In this document: in pieces, positions 26,109 through 32,000 of the stretch
Numbering within the stretch: the first letter of the stretch is position 1
Layout of the letters: each line of letters begins with the position of its first letter
From: Psychrobacter cryohalolentis K5
GTDB lineage: Bacteria; Pseudomonadota; Gammaproteobacteria; Pseudomonadales; Moraxellaceae
DNA: 32,000 bases
Assembly: GCF_000013905.1 (NCBI RefSeq)
Contig: NC_007969.1
Location: forward strand, 2,340,001 to 2,372,000
Reading direction: 5' to 3'
The notes under the pieces: model-generated
Told to the model about the DNA's origin: nothing
The model's database searches: none
What the model saw: only the letters and a program-made list of their open reading frames with translations
Program-made: the position numbers and the translations under genes

Positions 26109-26630
26109 GTGAGCTTATCACTACCGCAACTGAACGCCCTCTCGCAAGCCGATGCGACCTCAGAATTTCTAACTTGCTGTACCAGTAGCCAATGGGCGCA
26201 AACCTTGGCAGACGCACGTCCGTTTGCAGATATAAAAGCGCTACTGAGTGCAAGCGATGACGCATGGCAACAAGCTAAAGCGGATGAAGCTAACTTGCTA
26301 GAAGCCTTTGATGGTCACCCACAGATTGGCAATGTCGACTCATTAAAAGAGAAGTATCGCAATACGCAAGACAGTGCCGCTCATGAGCAATCAGGCGCCA
26401 ATGACGCTGAAGATGCGGTACTTGAAGCGTTAGCACAAGGCAATCAAGACTATCTCGATAAATTCGGCTTTATCTTTATTGTCTTTGCAACTGGTAAAAG
26501 CGCGCAGCAAATGCTTGATCTATTGCAAGCACGCCTGCCAAATGATCGCGAGACTGAATTGCTCAATGCGGCTACTGAACAAAATAAAATCACGCGTTTG
26601 CGTTTACAAAAACTGTTAGGCGACGCTTAA
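26109..26630 (+). CDS. uraD: 2-oxo-4-hydroxy-4-carboxy-5-ureidoimidazoline (OHCU) decarboxylase
   Basis: LNALSQADATSEFLTCCTSSQWAQTLADARPF, AFDGHPQIGN, EQSGA and YLDKFGFIFIVFATGKSAQQMLDLLQARLPND...ITRLRLQKLL are OHCU decarboxylase hallmarks. I prefer the GTG at 26109, which has AAGGAT 6 nt upstream and gives 173 aa. The ORF-track ATG at 26064 is the alternative. Confidence 0.88.
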   Translation: MSLSLPQLNALSQADATSEFLTCCTSSQWAQTLADARPFADIKALLSASDDAWQQAKADEANLLEAFDGHPQIGNVDSLKEKYRNTQDSAAHEQSGANDAEDAVLEALAQGNQDYLDKFGFIFIVFATGKSAQQMLDLLQARLPNDRETELLNAATEQNKITRLRLQKLLGDA

Positions 26631-26668
26631 ATCTTGCTTTGTCTCTCTCATACATAAAAGGAATTATT

Positions 26669-27037
26669 ATGTCAGGTACTCTTTCATCACATATTTTAGA
26701 CACCCATCTTGGCAAGCCTGCCGCTGATATCGCAGTGACGTTACATCGTATTAGTGCCAGTGGCGAGCCATCATTATTGGCAAACGGTGTCACCAACGCT
26801 GATGGTCGCGTGACGCCAGATAGCTGGGCATTTAATCCAGAAATTGATATTGCCGAGTATCATTTAGATATCGGTCGCTATACGCTGACCTTTGATACCC
26901 AAGCATATTTTGATACGCAAAACCTCACAGTATTTTATCCGCAAGTAGTCATCGATTTTATGATACAAGATAACGGTCACTACCATGTGCCGCTACTGCT
27001 TAGCGCACACGGCTACGGCACTTATCGCGGATCATGA
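26669..27037 (+). CDS. uraH: 5-hydroxyisourate hydrolase (transthyretin-like)
   Basis: MSGTLSSHILDTHLGKPAADIAV...GHYHVPLLLSAHGYGTYRGS carries the diagnostic C-terminal YRGS tetrapeptide. The ATG at 26669 has AAAGGAA upstream. Confidence 0.92.
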   Translation: MSGTLSSHILDTHLGKPAADIAVTLHRISASGEPSLLANGVTNADGRVTPDSWAFNPEIDIAEYHLDIGRYTLTFDTQAYFDTQNLTVFYPQVVIDFMIQDNGHYHVPLLLSAHGYGTYRGS

Positions 27038-27105
27038 TTCTATAGCTTTATGACTCGAAACCTTATAAAAACAAGGCTAAACGAGTTCTGGAAACTTTAA
27101 ACAAC

Positions 27106-27119
27106 TGACAATGAGGTCA
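27106..27119. promoter_or_regulatory. Degenerate RutR-like inverted repeat upstream of puuD
   Basis: TGACAA-TG-AGGTCA has the same 6-2-6 geometry as the two strong boxes. It matches about 11 of the 14 specified positions of the E. coli RutR consensus. It is ~130 nt upstream of the puuD ATG. Confidence 0.4.
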
Positions 27120-27245
27120 GTGATTTAAGACCAAATGAATAATGCTGGTATCGCTACGTTGTATCACAATCTTTTATAATAACGAAGGTGAGCAAAAGTC
27201 GTTACGAGTTACCAAGATATAATAATATAAAAGGACATTGACAAC

Positions 27246-28592
27246 ATGGGTGCATATCTTCTCGATTGGCTAAGCTTATTTTTCCGCTGGTTTCACGTTA
27301 TCGCTGGTGTAGCATGGATTGGCGCATCATTTTATTTCGTATGGCTAGATATGAGTCTTCAGAAGCCACCAGAATGGAAAGCCAAAAAAGGCATTTCAGG
27401 CGATCTTTGGGCAGTACATGGTGGTGGTTTCTATGAAATTGCCAAATACAAGCTCGAACCTGAAGAGATGCCAAAAACGCTGCATTGGTTTAAGTGGGAA
27501 GCCTACACCACATGGCTAACCGGTATGGCAATGCTCATTATCGTCTACTACATCAATGCCACGGCTTACTTGATCGATCCGAGCAAAGTTGACTTTGGTA
27601 GTAGCATTGGTGCTATATCGACCAGTCTACTATTCTTATTCGGTAGCTACTTTATTTATGAAGTCATTGTGCGCAGCAATGTCGGCAAAAATAAACTGGC
27701 TTTCAGTATCACTATCTTTGTACTCATGATTATCGCCACTTGGGGCTCATACCAGCTGTTTAGTGATCGTGCATCCTTTATCCATGTCGGTGCCATTTTA
27801 GGTACTATCATGGCAGGTAACGTCTTCTTCGGTATTATGCCAGCTCAGCGCGCACTTGTAGATTGTGTACGCCGCGGTGTCAAACCAGGTCCAGAAGTAG
27901 CAGATTTGGCATTGATGGCCAGAAACCGCTCATTGATGAATAACTACTTTACCTTGCCGCTCATCTTTATCATGATTAGTAATCACTATCCAATGATGTA
28001 TTCACATGCGCATGGTTGGTTAATATTGGTATTCATTGGTGTCATCACGGCAACAGCTCGTCATTACTTCAACGAAAAACACTTGGGTCGCCATAGACCA
28101 AAATTCTTAGTAATTCCTGCGATAGCAACCGTACTATTGATTATCTGGATGCGTCCAGCACCTATCGAGCCATTACCAGTTTCTCCAATCAAGACGCCTG
28201 CTGTCACTGAAGTAGCACCGACAGATACACCGCCTGCTGCTGTCACTCAAGATACGAATACGGTAGCACCTGCTACTGCTACAGAGGCTGATCCCAATGC
28301 GGTTGCTGGCGGAACTGCCGCTACCGAAGTAGTACCTGTTGCTCCTTCAGCTGACGACGCTATCATGAAAGTAGTAGAAGCAAAATGTAGCGTTTGCCAT
28401 GCGGCACAACCAACCCAAGCTGGATTTAATGGGCCGCCAGCGGGTATTATTATCCAAACCCCTGCAGATATAAAAACTCATCAAGCTAAGATTGTGACTG
28501 CTGTACAAAGTGGCTATATGCCACTGGGTAATATCACTCAGCTAAGCGATGAAGAGCGCCAACAACTGGTCGCTTATGCTTCAGGGTTATAA
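27246..28592 (+). CDS. puuD: Urate hydroxylase PuuD (integral-membrane, cytochrome-c urate oxidase)
   Basis: The N-terminal block WLSLFFRWFHVIAGVAWIGASFYFVWLDMSL belongs to the DUF989/PuuD membrane domain. A Pro/Ala/Thr-rich linker follows, then a C-terminal haem-c motif CSVCH. The gene lies next to uraD, uraH and puuE. Confidence 0.85.
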   Translation: MGAYLLDWLSLFFRWFHVIAGVAWIGASFYFVWLDMSLQKPPEWKAKKGISGDLWAVHGGGFYEIAKYKLEPEEMPKTLHWFKWEAYTTWLTGMAMLIIVYYINATAYLIDPSKVDFGSSIGAISTSLLFLFGSYFIYEVIVRSNVGKNKLAFSITIFVLMIIATWGSYQLFSDRASFIHVGAILGTIMAGNVFFGIMPAQRALVDCVRRGVKPGPEVADLALMARNRSLMNNYFTLPLIFIMISNHYPMMYSHAHGWLILVFIGVITATARHYFNEKHLGRHRPKFLVIPAIATVLLIIWMRPAPIEPLPVSPIKTPAVTEVAPTDTPPAAVTQDTNTVAPATATEADPNAVAGGTAATEVVPVAPSADDAIMKVVEAKCSVCHAAQPTQAGFNGPPAGIIIQTPADIKTHQAKIVTAVQSGYMPLGNITQLSDEERQQLVAYASGL

Positions 28593-28664
28593 ATGAGCAT
28601 TCTAGACAGAGAAGAGTAAACGCTGATCAAACAATTATCTTGACCAATGACCTAGACATCCTTA

Positions 28665-28701
28665 AAGTGTTAACAATAAACATTAATAAGTGTTAACAAT
28701 A
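28665..28701. promoter_or_regulatory. Two direct copies of AAGTGTTAACAATA (each containing the palindrome TGTTAACA) upstream of the NCS1 permease
   Basis: The copies lie at 28665-28678 and 28688-28701, with starts 23 bp apart. They are 38-74 nt upstream of the ATG at 28739. I interpret them as a candidate operator. Confidence 0.4.
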
Positions 28702-28738
28702 TTTGTTTCGATTGATTTCAATCTAAAGGGAGAAAAGG

Positions 28739-30250
28739 ATGTCCACTGCGAATGAGCAAGGAAGTCAGCTCAGTACTCAATCCAATAGCGCGCTCTATGA
28801 TTGCAATACCTTTAATCCAGAACGCAAAAACTCAAGATTATACAATGAAGATCTTGCCCCACTACAGCCTGAACAGCGTAATTGGGGCTGGTTTGCGATA
28901 TTTAATGTTTGGTCCAATGATATTCAGAGCTTATTCGGGTATACCTTAGCGGCCTCCTTATTTTTGAGTTATGGACTGAATGGGTGGTGGGTCATGGCAG
29001 CGATTATCTGCTCAGGATTCATCGTCATGCTGATGGTCAACTTAACTGGCAAACCCAGTGTCAAATATGGCATCCCTTTTCCAGTCTTGATACGTGCCAG
29101 CATGGGTATCAATGGCGCTAACTTACCTGCCATCTTACGCGCTATTATCGGTATCTTTTGGTACGGGGTGCAGACCTACTTTGCCTCAACTGCAGTTGCC
29201 ATTTTGTTGACTATTGTCATAGGTAGCCCAGATACGACATTTTTAGGCTTGAATAGTACCGCTTGGATTGCCTTTGTCATCGTTTGGGTATTTCAGATTT
29301 TACTGTTTTGGGCAGGCATCGAGCCGATCAAGCACTTTTTGAATTGGGCAGGACCGCTAGTCTATGTCGTTATGGTCATCTTGATGGCCGTCATCTGGTA
29401 TCAATCAGGCTCTGAGTTGTTACCTGCGATTAACTCTATCTTCGCTAGTGGCAGCGATTATAGTGGAAATGCCATACAGGCATTTACTGCTATCGTCGGT
29501 ACGATGGTTGCTTATTTCGCAGCAGTCGTCATAAACTTCGGTGATTTCTCACGATTTTTGCGTAGTGAGCGCGATATGCGCTTGGGTAACTTACTCGGTT
29601 TGCCGATTAACATGGTATTTTTCTCGTTCATCGCCTTGGTCATTACCGCTGGAACCCTAGTAATATTTGGCGAAGCATTGACCAATCCATCGGATATTGT
29701 TGATCGTGTAGATTCTCTACCCTTGACCATTATTGCAGCGCTGACCTTCTTTGCTGCAACCGTCGGTATCAATATGGTTGCAAACTTTATTCCCCCTGCT
29801 TACGATTTGGCTAACTTATTTCCTAAGCATATTAACTTTCGCATGGGCGGTTTAATTACTGCTGTTATCGCCTTTTTCGTTGGTGCTTTGTGGCTATCAT
29901 TTATCAGTAAGATCGGTATTGTCGGTTTTGTAAATACTATTGGTGCGGTTATCGCTCCATTCTTTGGTATCTTAGTCATCGATTATTACCTAATTAAACG
30001 TCAACATATCGATATGAATGACTTATTTTCCGCTCAACCAACTGGTGCTTATTACTACTACAAAGGCTGGAACATCCGTGCGCTTATCGCCTTTGCAATC
30101 GGCGCTTTATTCTCTATCGCCACGGTATTGATACCCGCACTGACTAAGCTTGAAGGTTATGGTTTCTTATTAGGCGCGGCAATAGGTGGCATCGTGTATT
30201 GGGTATTGATGCGCCCTTATGCAGTAGATCCTGACACCATAGTAGAATAA
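28739..30250 (+). CDS. NCS1-family permease (allantoin/hydantoin/nucleobase type, PucI/AllP-like)
   Basis: The 503-aa protein has ~12 TM segments. LYNEDLAPL..EQRNWGWF..FNVWSNDIQS is the typical NCS1 N-terminal motif. Substrate assignment rests on the position between puuD and puuE. The RBS GGGAGAAAAGG lies upstream. Confidence 0.82.
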   Translation: MSTANEQGSQLSTQSNSALYDCNTFNPERKNSRLYNEDLAPLQPEQRNWGWFAIFNVWSNDIQSLFGYTLAASLFLSYGLNGWWVMAAIICSGFIVMLMVNLTGKPSVKYGIPFPVLIRASMGINGANLPAILRAIIGIFWYGVQTYFASTAVAILLTIVIGSPDTTFLGLNSTAWIAFVIVWVFQILLFWAGIEPIKHFLNWAGPLVYVVMVILMAVIWYQSGSELLPAINSIFASGSDYSGNAIQAFTAIVGTMVAYFAAVVINFGDFSRFLRSERDMRLGNLLGLPINMVFFSFIALVITAGTLVIFGEALTNPSDIVDRVDSLPLTIIAALTFFAATVGINMVANFIPPAYDLANLFPKHINFRMGGLITAVIAFFVGALWLSFISKIGIVGFVNTIGAVIAPFFGILVIDYYLIKRQHIDMNDLFSAQPTGAYYYYKGWNIRALIAFAIGALFSIATVLIPALTKLEGYGFLLGAAIGGIVYWVLMRPYAVDPDTIVE

Positions 30251-30310
30251 GGCAGTGAAGTCAGAAAGATGAAGTGCAATAGTAGAATAAAAAATAGTTA
30301 TTACATTTCT

Positions 30311-30325
30311 AATAGATCTATTACT
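30311..30325. promoter_or_regulatory. Palindromic motif AATAGATCTATTACT upstream of puuE
   Basis: The core ATAGATCTAT is a perfect 10-bp palindrome. The site ends 26 nt before the puuE ATG and is 14/15 identical to 31486-31500. Confidence 0.45.
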
Positions 30326-30350
30326 CTGTTTTTATAAAGGATAAAACACC

Positions 30351-31331
30351 ATGAAAAAAAAGATAACCAGCGACTTTGATCAAGCCGCTTATCCACGCGA
30401 TTTAAAAGGCTATGGCGACCATCCACCCAAAGCCAATTGGCCGGGCGGCGCTAAGATTGCCGTACAGTTTGTGCTAAATATCGAAGAAGGCGCAGAGAAC
30501 AGTGTCTTGCATGGCGACGGTCAGTCAGAACGTTTTTTATCAGATGTTTTAGGTACGCCAGAATTTAACAACCGCCATCAGTCGATTGAGTCAGCCTTTG
30601 AATATGGTAGCCGAGTGGGTGTTTGGCGCGTACTAGATACTTTTAAAGAATATGGTTTACCTATTACTACCTTTACTTGTGCAGCCGCTGCCGAAAAAAC
30701 ACCGCATATTGTCGAGCGCATTCTAGAAGATGGTCATGAAATTGCCAGTCACGGACTGCGCTGGATAACCTATCAATATATGTACCGCGAGACCGAGCGT
30801 GAACATGTACGCCGCGCTACTGAAATATTTGAGCGTATGGTTGGCAATCAGCCTCTTGGCTGGTATACCGGTCGCGATAGCCCAAATACTCGCGAGCTGG
30901 TCGCAGAACAAGGCGGCTACATTTATGACTCTGACTCTTATGCTGATGAGCTGCCGTACTGGCTCAATGTTAAAGTAGAAGAAGGCAACAAAATTGCTCG
31001 CAAACCGCATCTGGTCATTCCTTATACGCTTGAGACCAATGACATGCGTTTTTCTTCAAGTCCTGGGTTCACCAATGCTGAACCTTTTTATCAATACTTA
31101 AAAGACAGCTTTGACACTCTATATGAAGAAGGTCAAGACACTCCCAAGATGCTAACCATTGGTTTGCATTGCCGCATCATTGGTCGTGCTGGTCGCATTA
31201 AAGCGCTTAAACAGTTTTTGCAATACATCACCAGTAAACCCGACGTTTGGATCTGCCGCCGCGATGAAATCGCCAAGCACTGGTATGAAAATCATCCAGC
31301 CACGGCTGATAACACCGCCAACTGGATGTAG
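30351..31331 (+). CDS. puuE: Allantoinase PuuE (polysaccharide-deacetylase fold, metal-independent)
   Basis: YPRDLKGYGDHPPKANWPGGAKIAVQFVLNIEEGAENSVLHGD and IGLHCRIIGRAGRIKALKQFLQYI are typical of PuuE-type allantoinases. The RBS AAAGGA lies upstream. Confidence 0.88.
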   Translation: MKKKITSDFDQAAYPRDLKGYGDHPPKANWPGGAKIAVQFVLNIEEGAENSVLHGDGQSERFLSDVLGTPEFNNRHQSIESAFEYGSRVGVWRVLDTFKEYGLPITTFTCAAAAEKTPHIVERILEDGHEIASHGLRWITYQYMYRETEREHVRRATEIFERMVGNQPLGWYTGRDSPNTRELVAEQGGYIYDSDSYADELPYWLNVKVEEGNKIARKPHLVIPYTLETNDMRFSSSPGFTNAEPFYQYLKDSFDTLYEEGQDTPKMLTIGLHCRIIGRAGRIKALKQFLQYITSKPDVWICRRDEIAKHWYENHPATADNTANWM

Positions 31332-31485
31332 CCGTAACAACAATCATAAGACGTATCATCATATTAATAAGCATGTACGTAGTAGCAACCACTTAAGCTA
31401 ACGGATGATACGCTTGAGGTGGTTAATACCTGAGTGCTGTAATTGCTTAAAAATGACATCTTATGTCCGGTATTTTCTTATCTCA

Positions 31486-31500
31486 AATAGATCTATCACT
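31486..31500. promoter_or_regulatory. Palindromic motif AATAGATCTATCACT upstream of allA
   Basis: This is the same motif as at 30311-30325 (14/15 identical). It ends 55 nt before the allA ATG. Confidence 0.45.
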
Positions 31501-31555
31501 TAATAAGTTGCTAGAACAAATAAATAATATTGTTAATTAATCTAAAGGTGAACTT

Positions 31556-32000
31556 ATGAAAACTACAATCATTGCTAAACCTTTAACTAAAGCTGCTTTT
31601 GCTCCTTACGGCTCAGTAATCGAGCCTTATGATGATCAAGAAAAGTGTCCTGAAAACAGCTGGGATATCAATCGTGGCTTTGCCTGTCGTCATAATGCCA
31701 TCTCAAAAGTCACTCATGATGGCGGAGAAGTCGGTTTTAGTATTTTCCGTACTAAAAGACGTGACTGCCCTATTACGTTATCGGTGATGGAATACCATCC
31801 ATTTGGCACGCAAGCGTTCTTTTCTATGAATGGCACAGACTATATAGTCGTTGTGGCAAAAGCTGGCGATGCGCCTAAATCAGCTGATGATTTAGAAGTG
31901 TTTTATGCTCATTCGCATCAAGGTGTACAGTATGATGCCAATGTTTGGCATCATCCGCTACTGGCGCTAAAAGCGGATTGTGACTTTTTAGTGATTGATC
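31556..32000 (+). CDS. allA: Ureidoglycolate lyase (AllA), N-terminal 148 codons; continues past the window end
   Basis: My own translation from the ATG at 31556 (RBS AAAGGTG) gives [24 protein letters not shown]...[21 protein letters not shown]...[16 protein letters not shown]. These are the characteristic AllA/ureidoglycolate hydrolase blocks. Confidence 0.85.
   Translation, partial: MKTTIIAKPLTKAAFAPYGSVIEPYDDQEKCPENSWDINRGFACRHNAISKVTHDGGEVGFSIFRTKRRDCPITLSVMEYHPFGTQAFFSMNGTDYIVVVAKAGDAPKSADDLEVFYAHSHQGVQYDANVWHHPLLALKADCDFLVID

Noticed and set aside
30239-30290. 12-nt direct repeat ATAGTAGAATAA, at the permease stop and again 40 nt downstream, as a possible duplication or insertion scar
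   Set aside because: Similarity does not extend beyond 12 nt. No inverted repeats or mobile-element genes are nearby. It is AT-rich sequence and probably a chance match.
1-32000. Search for mobile elements, CRISPR arrays, tRNA/rRNA genes, prophage or defence-system genes
   Set aside because: I saw no transposase, integrase or recombinase-like ORFs, no regularly spaced repeat arrays, no tRNA-like T-arm/acceptor patterns in intergenic regions, and no nuclease, helicase, methylase or NTPase gene clusters. Every ORF over 130 aa has a housekeeping, iron-uptake or purine-catabolism assignment, or is a shadow ORF inside such a gene; the 198-aa membrane-anchored protein and the DUF2799-like lipoprotein remain functionally unassigned.

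Overview
The window looks like ordinary chromosomal core sequence from an AT-leaning gammaproteobacterium. Gene content and protein style suggest Moraxellaceae or Psychrobacter, but that is inference only. I found no rRNA, tRNA, CRISPR array, transposase, integrase, phage gene or recognisable defence gene. There are three blocks. (1) 1-12.3 kb holds housekeeping genes: fumC (partial), 5-formyl-THF cyclo-ligase, a YuiF-like transporter, lon, a lipoprotein sodC, topA, and a few small or uncharacterised ORFs. (2) 12.4-23.05 kb is a self-contained, Fur-box-controlled ferric-siderophore import module. It has tonB-exbB-exbD, a divergent FatBDCE/YclNOPQ-type ABC importer, a PepSY-TM protein and a TonB-dependent receptor, with no siderophore biosynthesis genes. 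(3) 23.3-32 kb is a urate/allantoin catabolic cluster: XanP-like permease, RutR-like TetR regulator, uraD, uraH, membrane cytochrome-c urate oxidase puuD, NCS1 permease, puuE and allA (partial). I see no convincing new multi-gene system. The features worth following up are regulatory or small-scale. They include near-identical RutR-type operators wiring a RutR homologue to purine catabolism. They also include two further unassigned shared motifs in the allantoin genes and a ~200-nt leader upstream of the xanthine permease. A 24-codon ultra-hydrophobic ORF lies antisense to the predicted exbD 3' UTR. Several proteins carry low-complexity extensions (Lon, TonB, MTHFS), and there are two small orphan ORFs.
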